Part shown: one piece after another, positions 1 to 13,350 of the stretch
How the letters are laid out: each line of letters opens with the position of its first letter
Position numbering within the stretch: the first letter of the stretch is position 1
From: Cetorhinus maximus
Lineage: Eukaryota
DNA: 64,000 bases
Direction of reading: 5' to 3'
NCBI RefSeq assembly: GCF_964194155.1
Contig: NC_135894.1
Span: 51,274,001-51,338,000 of the forward strand
Position numbers and translations under genes: made by a program
Notes under the pieces: generated by a model
The model's database searches: none
What the model saw: only the letters and a program-made list of their open reading frames with translations
What the model was told of the DNA's origin: nothing

Positions 1-363
1 GATAAGCAGATTATTCAAATTGATGTATTTAGTCCTTCTGCACAAAATAGTGTTGCACAGCTCTTGGGCCTGAACTTCCTCAGAGTGGCAATCAGAGTAG
101 GATTGCCATTCCGCTCCTAGTTTTTTACCTGAATTGTTTTTCCATCCTGTCTCACCTGACCTCCTGACTCCTAGCTACGCGAGACCCGGGCAGTGTAGCA
201 GATCCCCAGGGCTGAGCATTGAGGGCTGCTGTGTTGAATGTAAAGAGGCCATACCCCCTTTTTTAATGGCACTAGTTGCCGTAAGCCAGATAAGTTAAAG
301 GTCCAGCCAAGTTTAAAGGTCCTTGACACGCGTAAAGAACGTGTATTTTTATTTCTGTTGGAC

Positions 364-1262
364 TGTTGTAAAGAATGTATCTTTTTATTTTCTGTTGGAC
401 TGTGCATTAAATTACAATGGCTGCAATTTGAAAGACGTGTCCACTGGAACAGAATAAGAGATATATACAATGTTGCAGTCCTGGAACAGAGTGTGCCATG
501 AAAGACAGGATGGTGCTGGAAAAGAGTCCTGGACCAAGGGAGCTGCTTGGCAACAATTTTTTAATTGGTTCCTGGCTAGGTGACCAGGTTTTATGTGAGG
601 GCAGTGCAGCAGAATAGCTCCTAGCCCGAAAGGAACAAGCCCTAAAACATCTTTCACCTGTGTGTGGAAGATTCCAGTAATTCCAAAATAATAGCTAGCT
701 GGCTTTTTCTCCTCATATCTCTATAACCTGCTCCCTCTCTCTGAAAACCCCCGTCAAGAGGCAAAGGGGAAAATCACGGTTAGAGGCATTGAAAGGCAAG
801 TGGTCAACCAGTGAACTGATTACTGGAAGTGCTGGAAGACTACCTCGTGTCATCAACGAGAACTGAAAGGAATTTGGAAGGTATCAATCAAAATCAACCC
901 ATCAAAACCTGTACTTCGGAATTGGAGCTATTGAACTGTTTTATCCCACTCTTAAAATTCATGTTTTTGTGTGTCTTATTTGTCTTGTATGTGTGTGTAT
1001 AGAGATTTAAGAAGGGGTAGAGTTTAGATTATAGAGTTAGAAATTAGCAGTTCATATTTCTTGCTTTTGCCACTCGTTAATGACAGTTTGTTCAATAAAT
1101 AGTTATTTACTTACTAAGTTTACAAACCTGGTGCTTGTATACTGTTAACCTAAATTAAACAGGTAGAATTGGGGCAATCTGGTGGTTTGGTTGAATGTTT
1201 CCCCAGCTCAGGGAACAGTGGGGCTTCATATTACAGCGCACTATCCCCAGTGAGTTATGACA
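364..1262 (+). mobile_element. Solo LTR (Gypsy/ERV-type)
   Basis: Termini TGTTGTAA...TTATGACA (6/8 inverted match), AATAAA at 1094-1099, about 900 bp, abrupt composition change at 1263. No TSD found. Confidence 0.5.
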
Positions 1263-1289
1263 CAGGCCAGGGAGAAGGTAAGTGTATAA

Positions 1290-1840
1290 AGTAAGTGAGT
1301 GGGATTTGATGGGTGGAGGGGGGTTGGGTCGAGTTGTGTCTGGGGGGGGGGGGCGGGGGGGGAGGTGGGGAGGGGTCAGGAGTATGATTGGGCCTTTGGG
1401 GGTGGGGGGTTCGGATCGGGCCTCGGGGGGATGGGGTGTTGAGGCAGACCTCTGGGGAAGGGGGGTCAGGTCGGGCCTCATTGGTTGGGAGGGGGTGTCA
1501 GATTGGGTCGGGCCTTGAGGAGAGTGGGGGTGAGAGCTGAGCCTGGCCGGGAGGGGGAGTGGTGTGTTGGGTTGGGGGGGAGGGCGAGGGGGTGGGAGTC
1601 GAGCATGGCAGGTTTTGGGGGAGAATCCCTGTGGGAGTGGGGGGAATCCTGTGGATTGGGGAGTTCCCATCGGGCCGTGAATGCTCTTGGAGGTGGGGGG
1701 AGGTCTCATGAAGGGGCTAGCTGGAAGGTGGGGGGTGGGGGGGAGACTCTGGGGAGTTGGAGGGGGTGGGGGATTGCCTTTGGGGGTCAGGGGCATGGGG
1801 GGGGGGGTGTCTCGTGGGTGTGTCAGTGTGGGGCTGTGCA
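1290..1840 (+). repeat. G-rich low-complexity tract inside the Harbinger-like element
   Basis: Many G3-G11 runs on the + strand. Explains the Gly-rich and Pro-rich ORFs at 1155-1905. Confidence 0.85.
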
Positions 1841-4276
1841 CTAGTTACCAAATGTTAGAAAAGGTTTTAATTCTTCTAACTTTTTCTGGGCAACTATCTA
1901 TGTAATCCAGTTGGAACCATCCGAAGTTTGTGATTTAAATCATGTTTTCGGATGGTCCCCATGCAGGGCAATTGACCAGGGGAACTTTGCTCTTGCAGGC
2001 AATTGCCATACAAACCTTACCTGTGAACTTTCAGAAGGAGTGGGAGTTCCCAAGCGCATCTTTAGGGTAGGCCCCCACCCCCCGCCCCCCCGCCTCCACA
2101 CCCCCCACCCCCCACTCTCCCAATATGATACCCTGAAGATCGGAAGCTACAGCCCAAAATATTTCACAAAGATACTTTGATATATTCACAAACCCTGTGC
2201 TGCAGGGTTTTGTTCCTGTTGTGCAATCACGAGCCCTGACAATTCAAATGTTTTTTGTGTATCTCAGCAGCTGTAACTTTTAGCTTTGCTAACACCTCTC
2301 ACTGCCAGATATCACTTTCACAAATGCTACTTATAAAATAATGTTGGTAGAATAGGAGGGCTTCTGAAGCCCCCCACTCTTTTAATACAGAGTTCCTAAC
2401 CCTACAACGCAAAAGACAGTTTCAGACATGGATTACCAGGGCTAATTAATTTGGCCAAGACAGAATGTTCAAATCCTTTGAGCAGCTCAACTCAGTATAA
2501 TTGAATTGGATTAGATTTCTATAGAAATTTATAGATTTTACACTTTATATCAGCACAGTGACTTCCATAAATAAAGATTAAGTTTCGTCAAAGTATCAGC
2601 TTTTTTTATTGATTTGGGATCAATTTCAGAGAAAGTCCAGAAGAATTCAATAGGTAATCAAATTAAAGGGAGTTTAATTGTAAGTGATCCATAGATGTCC
2701 ACATAGCCCCTACAAAATAAGTGAGTTAAACTGCACAGTACAGTGCACAATGCAGAATTTACTTCATTGCACTGCTTCCTGATTTGGCACAAATCTAGTT
2801 ACTTTTGGAAGATTATTCAGTTGGAATCCATCTTCGGGCTTAAGTATTGAATGTCATCACAAACTATTGTTAGGTTTTATGAATACTGTGCCTTACAGCA
2901 ACAACATTCTCCATCTTGATTCAATTTCCTACCCAATGAAAATAATATTCAAAAGAAGTATCTATCTTTAAAATATGGCTTTACAACTATTAAAAATGTT
3001 ATGAAGCTGATAATTTCTGTGGAACAGCTGCGGGTTTGGCTTCAGATTACCATGCTCAATTTCCTAAGAGGAAGACAACTCAATTATATAGGAATAGGTA
3101 AATTTGATTTACTAACCTCTCCACCCAGACACATTAATACAAATTGAAACTGCAGGATAATCTGATACCATAATCTGGAATGGTAGGTATTATATATATT
3201 TATATTATATTACTCTGTAGCAAATTAAACTATAGGCATTAATTTTAAGTCACACCAGCGGATGTATACTGTGTGGTAACAGCCCAAAAATCACTGTGCT
3301 ACACGTACTGCCATGATTCCACCTGCTGCCATTTTTTGAGGGCCTCTGCTTGGGCAGCCTAGATGCCTGCCCATTTCCAGTGGCTACCTCATTCGAATAT
3401 GCTAATCAGGGCCCAATGAGGTACTTTCGCTATATTAGGTATCAATAGCCATCAGCATGTTCTTGCTATTGGTGCCAGGGTGGCATAAAAAACAGTCCTT
3501 AAATGACCCATATCTTCCTTGACCAGGGATTGGGCGGTAAGAATATTCCTCCCACTGATTACCTGAAATCTGCCCATAATTAGAATCCACCTCATAAAAT
3601 CAGAGGATCTTACAGCTAAGAAGGAGACAATTTGGACCGACATTCCATAAAAGAACAATCCAATTATGTTACATTCCTCGTCCTTTCACCATTCCCATTT
3701 ATTTTTTTAAATATTTATTTGCTTTCCTGAAACGGTAGTATTCTGGATTCTACTTCAGCTGCTGTTTTTCATGTTATTCCATTTAATAAAAATAGGTTTT
3801 CTCTTAACCTGCTTTGTTCAGTTTCTTTAGTTTCTCAATAACTAAAGTAACTCAATCGTGTTTAATCCTATGAATTTCTTATAAATCCATTCTATGGCAC
3901 AACTTAGTTATTAATGGCACATAAAACACAGTATTAGAGACTATGGCTGAACCAATATGGGTAAGTCAACTCCTGATATTACATTTAGCACGTTATGCTG
4001 CGTACGCGCTGTTACAAGGATAAATGCAAATTTATTGAATCTTTTTTGAGAACTTTGAGGATTCGTTCACTTAAGCTCCGAAACGGGCCTAAATGAGTTG
4101 CACTCAGCTGGTGATGATGTGCTCGGGAATTTCCTGCTTTTATGACATTACTGCACACTGAGGACATTAGACCAGTGTGAAACTGGTGCAGCTCCTCCCC
4201 AGTCAACTGGTACAGTATAGCCAGAACAGAGGAGGTTTGAGAACTTTGAAGAGTTTCGAAACACTCTATGCTGATT

Positions 4277-4398
4277 AAAAGCAAAATACTGCGGATGCTG
4301 GATATCTGAAATAAAAACAGAAAATTCTGGAAGAACTCAGCAAGTCTGGCAGCATCTGTGGAGAGAGAAACAGAGTTAACGTTTCAAGTCCAATATGA
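4277..4398. mobile_element. Penelope-type palindromic repeat, left arm only
   Basis: AAAAGCAAAATACTGCGGATGCTGG...GAGTTAACGTTTCAAGTCC matches the left arm of 30131-30352 and carries the antisense half of its hammerhead motif. Confidence 0.7.
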
Positions 4399-4403
4399 AG
4401 TCA

Positions 4404-5947
4404 TCAAGATAGTGGATGATGGAAAACCAGTAGAAGTTGTCCACCTGGACTTCCAAAAGACTTTTGATAAAGTATGCCATCAGCGATTTCTATACGAGAT
4501 CAAAGCCTTAGATATTAGTGGCAGTCTACAGTGCTAGATTGAGAATTGGCTGAGAGCTAGTAAGCAGAAAATGACTGTAGATGGATTTAGATCTGCTTCG
4601 AGGTTGGCCAGCAGTGGTGTTCCACAGGGATTGCTGTTGCAATTTAGTACACTATTTTAATTAATAATCCACAACAATAGCAATTTAATTTAACATACCA
4701 ATGACACTTCACAGGAGCATTATCAATCAAGTTTTGATAAAATTAGATGTAATTAGAGTAATCTTCAAGTTTTCAAATGGTATTAAGATAAGTGTAAGGA
4801 CAGGATTTTATGCGTCGGCGAGAGGGGGTGGGGCCCGCTCGCCGACATGTAAAATGAGGTGCGGTGACGTTGGGGGGAACACCCGACATTACTGTGCCCC
4901 ATTAAAATTTTCAGGAAGGCGGGGGCGCAGCGAAATCAATTGAGCCATTGACAGAGGCAATTAAGTAATTAAAGGTCCTGCCCATCCAACCTAAAGATTG
5001 GCGGGCAGGCCAGGAGCCCCGGCGTGAATTAGAAAAAACACAAAACCTCATCCATGGGCAGGATGATGTTTCATGTATGTTTTAAAAAATTTTAATAAAG
5101 TTTTTGTGAAAATTATGGACATGTCCCAACTCACGTGTCATTGTCACATGAGGGGACATGTTAGGGAAATTTTATTTTTCTATTTTTAGGTTTTTTACAT
5201 TTACAGCTGATCTCCTTGAGGCTGCACTTAGCCTCAGGGAGATGAGCGTGCTATTTCGTGCAAATGCACGAAAGAGCGCACTCTCGATTTTGGGACCCCC
5301 CCCGCCCGCACAGGAAGCGCATAGCGCTTCTGGGCGGACATCACGCTGGGCGGGCCTTAATTGGCATGCCCACGTAAAATGGCGCTCCAATTGGAAGTGC
5401 GCTTGTGCGCGCCTGCCATTTAACTTCGCCCCGACCGGGGGAAAATTCAGCCCCAAGAGTCAGGACTGTGAACGTTACTCAACTTCTACAGACAGATGTA
5501 GATGCCCTGGGGAATTGGGCTCATGACTGACAAATTATGTTTAAAGTGGAGAAGTCCAGTGTTATGCATCGGGATAGTAGAATGCTGAACATGTGTACAC
5601 ATTTCAAGGAAATGTTAGTGGAAAAATAAAGAGATTTGGCTGTTCAGGTGTATAGATCTTGAAAGGCTCATGGTCAATGGCATGAAGGAATAGTTGGAGC
5701 AAACATGGTGCTAGGGTATATTATAGGACAATGCATTATGAGATCAAGCATGCTATTTTGTCCTTGTCAAGAGATTGGTCCAGCCTCTTTTCAAACACTG
5801 TGTCCTGGTTTGATGTCCTCAAAAGGTGGGTGATATCAAGGCTTTGGAAAGGGTGAAGTGGTGATCCATACAATTAATTCCCAGTTTGTAAATCCTACTT
5901 ACTGAGAGAATCTTAAAGAGATGGAAGTCTAGACTTTAGAGATACAT
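4404..5947 (+). mobile_element. CR1 LINE ORF2 (RT) remnant, interrupted by a MITE
   Basis: Translates VDDGKPVEVVHLDFQKTFDKV (CR1 LDFxKAFDKV motif) and SGVPQG. Resumes after 5454 with CR1 C-terminal motifs. Many stops. Confidence 0.85.
4799..5454. mobile_element. Harbinger-type MITE
   Basis: Termini GACAGGATTTT...AAAATTCAGCCCC. AAG on both flanks (4796-4798, 5455-5457). CpG-rich; similar to 10098-10720. Confidence 0.85.
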
Positions 5948-5948
5948 G

Positions 5949-6707
5949 GGGCTGGAATTTCAAATGGATTGGGGCCAAGATCAGAGGCGGGCAGGAGCAC
6001 AATTTCACATCACTAATTCCCTACCACCATCCTGATCCTGAGCCATTTTCAATGAGGGTGGCTTGGAGTCAGATCAGCTGCCCATCGCTTCCTGGTGGGC
6101 AACCAATGCAGGCCAACTAATATCAATCACAGGGCTTATTAAGGCGTTGTTCCCATGCCAGACGGAAATTTTCAGATGGCAATGTGGGTGGCCTACATCG
6201 AGCTGGACCACGTCCAAGCTAACGTTGTGGACTAAGGTGGGAAGTGAGGGGGAGGGTTGTTGGGAACTGGGTCACACAAGGGACCCTCCGCACCACACCC
6301 CCCAACTCATACAACTACAGTGTAACAGCTCCTGCCACTGGCCATTCTGTGGTGGGGTTGTCCTTCCATGATCACAACAAGACAGTTAAATTCATAAGAG
6401 ACTGACCTCTCCTTCAGATGGTACGTCCTTGTTGAGGTGCCCTATCTCTCCCCGTTACAAATCTGCAGCTCCAATCTCAGCCAGTTGGGATACCAATGTG
6501 TCAGTGCTGGAGGGCCTGCATTGGCACTCCAGCCTCCAGACTCTGCCCACCATTAGTTCTTAATTGAATGGCAAGCCCGCACTCTGCCATTAGTTGGCCT
6601 GCCCTTTTAATAATCCGAGTGGGCATATCTGGAACATACCGAAAAGGCTCAGGATCCAGATCTGAATTGGTGACCGGGTTCTGGACCCAGAATTGAAAAT
6701 CCAGGCC
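5949..6707. mobile_element. Harbinger-type MITE
   Basis: Termini GGGCTGGAATTT...AAAATCCAGGCC. Flanks ATG/AAG (2/3 TSD match). Confidence 0.7.
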
Positions 6708-8475
6708 AAGGTCTTAGGGTTGTGTAAATGGAGATTTATAATGTTCAAAAGAATAATTTGTGTTCATGCAGACAATTTGTTCTTGACCAATAGGTTCAGC
6801 TAAATTCCGTTGACTTGAATGGAAATAAAAATTGGGTGAGATGTAAAACAGGCTGCAGACTGTTACCCATTTTAAACTATTGCACAGAGGTACAACCTCC
6901 CCCACCTTGATTTTGTTTCCTTTCTTATGTACAGCTCCAAACAGTAGTCTAGATTTTCTGATATGGTTGCAATGCTCAGAAATTTTGCACTGATGTACAC
7001 AAATATAACTGCACCATTTGTGTCCAATATTATGAAGTCAATTCATTACCAGAATCATGTATAATTCGTGTTGTAGATTTGAATTAATGTACAGAACAAC
7101 CTAATAATGGGACCAGAAATATTTATGTAACTGAACTTTTAAGGGATGGGAACAATTAAAGAGGTGTGTCAAAATAAGCAGACAAAAATCCTGAAGGCCT
7201 TTAGAAAGGTCCAAAGGCATCTCAACTAATTATCAGCCTTTTTCTGGACTGATGGTAACGCAGACTAAGAAATTACAGAATAAATGAAAGGAAAGCCAAC
7301 CCAAAGTGCAGGAATGCAAGCAACTGATTGAGCCATTCATCATCCACTACACGTTTAATGACTGAAAATGTCCAGAAATGGCTGAAATAAATCCTCATAT
7401 TAACATCATTGAGCCCTTAAAATAAACCTCTGTATACATAGAACTGCCTAGCAACCCTGGATGCTCAGTTCACATGAGAATAATTATAAATGAAAGCCCT
7501 ATATACCAGAACGTTGAGAAATGATATGGATGAGACCTACACTCGCACATTAATATTGAAATGAATCTCCTGCCTCCTGCCTTTATTTGGTGCTTGTCAT
7601 ACATGAAGTTAAGGAACATAGCAAGTATGTGATTTACATTGTTGTGCAGTGCATTCTGGAAATCTGTGACTGATTGTGGTTTTATCTTGCATAGCCTTGT
7701 GAGGGCCTTAAACTCTTCCATGAATTGCATAGATGCCCAGGGAGGTCACGGTGGTACACTTACTGACCATGTCACTCTCTCTAATGTGGTGCACCTGTTA
7801 CTCTAGATGCCCTTCGGCTGTATACTTCAGACAGATCAACAGGTCATCCCTTCTCTGCCTTAAGCCCTGTAGGCAAACCTCTCACTCCCTGTTCATGAAA
7901 CTGCATCTCCAATGGGGTCGTACTGCTATTCTGACCTCCAGAATCAGTTTAAGTCAGATAGGATAGGTAGAGATTTCTGACATTTCACTGTTTTTCTTGT
8001 TACATTTGAGATGGCTATTTTCCCAGACTATGTATTCTTCATAAAAATTCAGTCAGTGTAAGAATAATCTATTTGAAGTCACTGTGCAGTGCTGATTGTA
8101 GGATAATTGTCCATGTTTTTGAAGCACATTTGAAGCTATGAAACCACATTAATGTCAGTAAATCAAGTTTAATAGGGTCAACGTATCTGTTTCTTGGCAA
8201 AGAATAAGCAACAGGATGGCTTGCTTTGAACAATGCGTGACCAATTAAAAAGTCAGGAAATCTGAAAATATATCAGAGAAAATCAGAAATGGAAAAATTA
8301 GCACAATATAACTAAGATAGTGGCACAGTCAAGTGTGCTGCAGAGATAGAAATCTATAACAATGTAATAGTATATCAACATGTTCTTGAGTATTTTCCAA
8401 ACATTTCAAGTATTTTGTTTTCAGTTTTCTGCACTTTGCTGTTTCATTTATCACTTTGTTTTTCATAGTTATCAC

Positions 8476-8618
8476 CTTAACACATCTTTCTCCCACGGGT
8501 AGAATAGAAGACTGAGTCATATGTAAGACAGAGTACACACCCCCGGAAAATGCAAAATCTGACATCTCCAGAGCTTCCGTTGCCAAATAATAATTCTGGT
8601 AATTAAGCCACGCAATAT
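8476..8618 (-). CDS. Candidate internal exon of an unidentified host gene (tentative)
   Basis: Acceptor CTTATTTTTCAAG, one open frame IAWLNYQNYYLATEALEMSDFAFSGGVYSVLHMTQSSILPVGERCVK, donor AAG|GTGATA, repeat-free context. No homolog recognised. Confidence 0.22.
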
Positions 8619-9563
8619 CTTGAAAAATAAGAAGGAAAGAAAGCCTGAAAGGTGCATTATATCTTGAGAGAGCCATCAGAAAATGACTGCCATGTAAAAA
8701 AAATGTCCCTTTAAAGATGAAATAAGACAATTAAGAATTATCAGAGATCCAGGCAATCAAGAAATGTTAATCTGACTGGATCTGCTTCAGCCTGTAAACG
8801 TTCCCCTATGAAGCTGGTTGAAAATAACAAATGCTTCGTTATCTTGAAATTTCACGTTAGTGGTTTAATGAGCTATTTCACTCATAAAACCTACAAATGC
8901 AGAAGCAAGACTATTCAGCTTCTCTGACTCACACAATCATTCAGGACAGCACAGGCTATTTGTAGTTCATTTGAGGCATCTTCTGAATTAGGGAGGAGTA
9001 ATTTTGACTTTGGTGATAGTGTAAAATAGGTGACATTGAATTGGCAGCTCTTTTTACATCTATCCTGATTTTTATTTTCATTAACTTCAATGATGGTTTG
9101 CTCTGACCCATTTTACGGGATAATGGTTTGTTGTGACTTGAAATATTCATTTACTGGGAAAAATTTGCACCACTGAATGTACAAACTGGAGAAAATGTTA
9201 AGTATTAAAATAAAATAATATCAAACTGATCATGATTAGAACTAACAAATGATCTGAAAGTGATTGAGAAAAAAGAATGGAGCAAATAAGAAAGAAATAG
9301 TACATAATAAAGATGTGAGTAAATCAGCACTCAAATGAGTAATATTTTTCAAAAATCAATACTCTTTGTGCATTTCAACCTGCTGTCATGGGAATGATAG
9401 ATTGAATAGCAACTCCAATGAATCTTCTATTTTATATCTTTATCCCTGTGACTCAGAACAAATTGATTTACTGCAAAAACAAAAAAAAAAAAACCCACGT
9501 GTTCATTATGGAGATTGAGAATGTTTTTGAACTTTCTAATGTTGCTGATAACTTTGATGCTAT

Positions 9564-9691
9564 GGCCAGGATTTTCTGGCCCCATCATGGCGGGACCCTC
9601 CACGGGAGATTCGGGGGCCCAGCCAAAACTCCATTGACTTTCGGTGGGACCAGACAATCCTGGCGGTGGACGGGGATGGAAAATCCCGCCC
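9564..9691. mobile_element. 128-bp Harbinger-type MITE
   Basis: Termini GGCCAGGATTTTC...GAAAATCCCGCCC with an exact TAT TSD. GC-rich island in AT-rich DNA. Confidence 0.85.
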
Positions 9692-10097
9692 TATCTTACA
9701 TGAGAACTTATATCAATGATTGTTTTCTTTTAGCAGTTTAAGACACAAAAATGTACGAAGAATTGGCACCTGTAATGTACTGAAAACACAATATACTGCA
9801 CATCATTACTGTTGACATGAAAGCTTAACACAATTGCATGACATCTTTCTGCCCATTGTTTAAATGTCTTATAGAGGAATATTGCACCAATATGGTAAGC
9901 ATTTGCTATGTTCACTGAATAATTTCTGGCTTTTAACCACAGACAATTATTTAAATATATAGGTATAATTTTGATTTTATGCAATATTGTAAAATGGGAG
10001 ATAATTAATCAGCAACTGTTTGCTCATCCCTCCCAATTTTTATTTTCATTGATGTTTTTTGAAAGCTGGTCTTCAGGTGGGTTTCAGTTCACTCAAG

Positions 10098-10720
10098 GGG
10101 AAGAATATTTTGCTCATCGAGTGGGCATGCACCTGATCCGACTGAGCATAAAATGATGCACGATGATGTCAGGCAAGCGTCTCCATGTCATCCCGCACTC
10201 GCCCGATATTTCAGTCGGCGGACGTGCACGGGAGTCAGCAGCGCACCCGCCGACAATTGAGCGGCCTATAAGGCCATTAAAGTCATAATTAAAAGAAATT
10301 TTTCACTGCCTGGCTAACCTTACAGTTGGCAGGCAGGCGAATCGGCCAGGCTACCTTTGGATTTTTTGCGAAACCTCATCCACAGAGTCACATGAGCAGG
10401 GATATGTTTTTAACATTTTTAAATTCTTTATTTTTTATTTTAAAAATCTTCAGCTCCCTGAGGCAGCTCTGTGTCTCAGGGAGCTTTTATGATGTGCACC
10501 CACGCGCATGTGTGAACTTCCAGGCTCGCCCTTCTCCTCCGCTCCCCCACCCACCCCACCACCCCGCCCAACCACGGCAGTGCTGAGTGCTGCAGTGCGC
10601 GATTCACACTGGCTAGCCAGTGTGAAATCACGGTCGGGGCCCGATTATAAGCGGCTATCCGTTTCATGGGTGCACCTGCCCACCTTGTCTAGTCCACCCG
10701 ACATCCGAAAAATCCTGGCT
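10098..10720. mobile_element. Harbinger-type MITE (same family as 4799-5454)
   Basis: Termini GGGAAGAATATTTT...AAAAATCCTGGCT, AAG on both flanks. Shares internal blocks (AAACCTCATCCA, GTCACATGAG) with 4799-5454. Confidence 0.8.
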
Positions 10721-10729
10721 AAGGAGTCT

Positions 10730-11011
10730 GAGTTTCTATGGCAGCATGCACTTTTTACAAGCTTGTTCCATGTGGTCCAGAGCTATGGATCATGATGGTA
10801 GAGACTCCAACGTTCTTTGCATCACATGGCTGACCAGGAATCCCTCCCACTCTTACCAGCTGCATGTGTTGGCATGATTTGCAGGTTGACCCTCAACCTG
10901 TCTGGCCACATTATGAACACACCTTCTTTGGCCATCAAGTCCTAGGGTAGACTCAAACATGGAGCTTCTGGCTCAGAGGAAGGGACACTACCCATGCGCC
11001 ACAAGACCTCC
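10730..11011 (-). mobile_element. tRNA-derived SINE
   Basis: Minus strand begins GGAGGTCTTGTGGCGCATGGGTAG (A-box-like), then GTTTGAGTC (decayed B-box), then a non-tRNA body. 3' boundary approximate. Confidence 0.65.
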
Positions 11012-11218
11012 TCAGACTCTTCAAAAACAAAGCAATTTATGAGGCTAATAGAAATTGTCTTTATTTGAAGGAGGTTGGAATACATAGGCAAAGAAGGTAC
11101 ACTTAAGTTCTATAGAACCTCGGTCGGACCCTATCTGGATACAATGTTCAGATTTGGGCACTATACATCAAGAAGAACATAAATATATATATCTCCTTAG
11201 ACAGTATGCAGCGCAACT

Positions 11219-13350
11219 ACCCTTGACATCAAGGCAGCATTTGATCAAGTGTGGCATCAAGGAGCTCTAGCAAAATTGAAGTCAATGGTTACCAGATGAA
11301 AAACTCTCCACTGGTTAAAGAGATACCTAGCACAAAGGGAGATGATTGTGGCTGTTGGAGGACAATCATTTCAGTCCCAGCATATTGTTGCAGGAATTCC
11401 TCAGGGTAGTGTCCTAGGCCTAAACACCTTCATCTGCTTCATCAATGACCTTCCCTCCATCATAAGTTTAGAAGAGGGGATGCTCAGTAACAATTTCACA
11501 ATGTTCAGTACCATTCACAACTCCTCAGATACTGAAGTAGTCCGTGTCTGTATGCAGCATGACCTGGATAATGTTTAGGCTTGGATTGATAAGTGGCAAG
11601 TAACATTGATGCCACACAATTGACAGGCATTGATCATCTCCAAGAAGAGAGAATTTAATCATCTCTCCTTGCCATTCAAAACATTACCATCGCTGAAGGT
11701 GCCATCATGAACATCCTGGGGGTTACCATTGACTAGAAACTTAATTTGACCAGCCATATAAGCACTCTGGTTGCCAGATCAGAGTTTAGGAATTCTGCAG
11801 TGAATAGCTTACTTCCTGAATCACCAAAGCCTGTCCACCATAAACAAGGCAGGAGTGTGATGGAATACTCTCCACTTTCCTGGATAAATGCAGCTCCAAC
11901 AGCACTCAAGTAGCTAAACAAAATCGAGGACAAAGCAGCCTGCTTGATTGGCATTCCATCCACCATCTTAAACATTCATTCTCTCCATTACCAACACACA
12001 GTGGCAACAGTATATACCATTTACAAGATGTACTGCAGCAACTAACCAAAACTCTTTTGATATTACCATACCTCCAATCTCAACCATCTATATGCATGGG
12101 AACACCACCACCCACAAGTGCCCCTCCAAGCCACACACCATCCTGACTTGGAACCATAATCGCCATTCTTTCACTGTCACTGGGTCAAAATGCTGGATCT
12201 CTCTTCTTCACAGCGCTTTCGATGTCCATGGCCCTGGACCAGACCCCCAGGTTTTTGGTGAGATCCGGTTAGGTACCAATCACTTTTTGTTTAAAGTAGA
12301 CAAAGTTTGTGATTCATGAGACTTGCTAAGAGAATTAAGCCACAAGGTTCCATGGGTTTTGACAAAATAAAAATAAACTTTACTACACAAGGTTAGAAAG
12401 ATAAAAAAAATTTGCAATATGTATCATATTCAAAGTTAGTATAAGGTATATGTGAGTTAACAGGCAAACTGTGGTCAAACACACCACATTGCGCAATAAA
12501 TGCCAGATGCGACCAAGACAGATTCCACAGGTTTCTCAACAACCCACAAAAATTTCAGTAACACTGTGAATCAATCAACTTCATTGAAATTCTGTCTCTC
12601 TCACGAGGGATTCCAGTTTTCACCTTCGAAGATCTCGCTTTGAAATTCTCTTCGAAAATTGCTCCAACTTGGATGGCCTCAATGACACCCCCCTCATAGG
12701 GTTTCAGTCTTGTCTCCTGAGACTCAATTCCCCTGGACCCTTGATTCTGTACTCCAGCACCAACTCACAAGCACAAGTACAGCTCCGAGTGGAATAATAT
12801 TGCTTGAAATGTGTGCCTTTGTACCATGTGTGCCCATAGCACAAAATCATCAACCTTCTGCTGCCTTCTAAAATCTTCAGGGCTCCTCCTGAGGCCTCTC
12901 CACTTAAGGTCTGCCAACCACAGCCCTTTTTCTGCTTGGAACCTCTTGCTTTGCTCCTCTTCTTGTTACCTGGGACATCCCCCTGTCTCCTCTCTCTGTC
13001 TCCTCTCTGTGACGCTTTCTGATTATGGCGCTCCACTCCTGGGTCACATGATCCAGTTTTTGTACCGATTCTTTTTTTTCTCTTCACACAGGTGCCATGA
13101 GTTCTCCAAAATGCTGTGCTGCACATGCACAGCCCACTCTGCGCATGTGCAGATGCTCCCAAGGTATGCTGGGAGTTTTAATCTCCAGCCTCCCAATGAC
13201 GAGGTATGCCTGGATCTCATAACAGTACCTACACCAAGCGGACTGCAGCGGTTCAAGGAAATGGCTCACTGCCATCTTCTCAAGGGAAAGCAGAGATGAG
13301 TAACAAAAGCTCAACTTGCCAGAAACACTCACATCCCATGAAAAAGTAAA
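11219..13350 (+). mobile_element. Second CR1-clade LINE (5'-truncated), inserted in the outer CR1 and split by a solo LTR
   Basis: LDIKAAFDQVWH and GIPQGSVLG...FINDLP RT motifs (ORF 11342-11578). The 3' tail ending CACATCCCATGAAAAAG resumes at 13225. Confidence 0.85.
12223..13224 (-). mobile_element. Solo LTR
   Basis: About 1 kb insert with TGT...CATAACA termini that splits the LINE tail. GTCC/GTAC near-TSD. Orientation inferred from a minus-strand AGTAAAGTTTATT signal. Confidence 0.7.

Larger units (their letters stand above)
66..2155. mobile_element. Non-autonomous Harbinger-like DNA element, interrupted by a solo LTR
   Basis: Starts GGGCCTGAACTTCC (66) and ends GGAAGCTACAGCCC (2155). These are imperfect inverted termini of the same GGGC-type as the other elements here. 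G-rich interior. No convincing TSD. Confidence 0.5.

Noticed and set aside
1155-1905. Long Pro-rich and Gly-rich ORFs (also 14221-14879 and 57395-58281)
   Set aside because: They are open in several frames because G/C-rich low-complexity DNA lacks stops, and they lie inside transposons.
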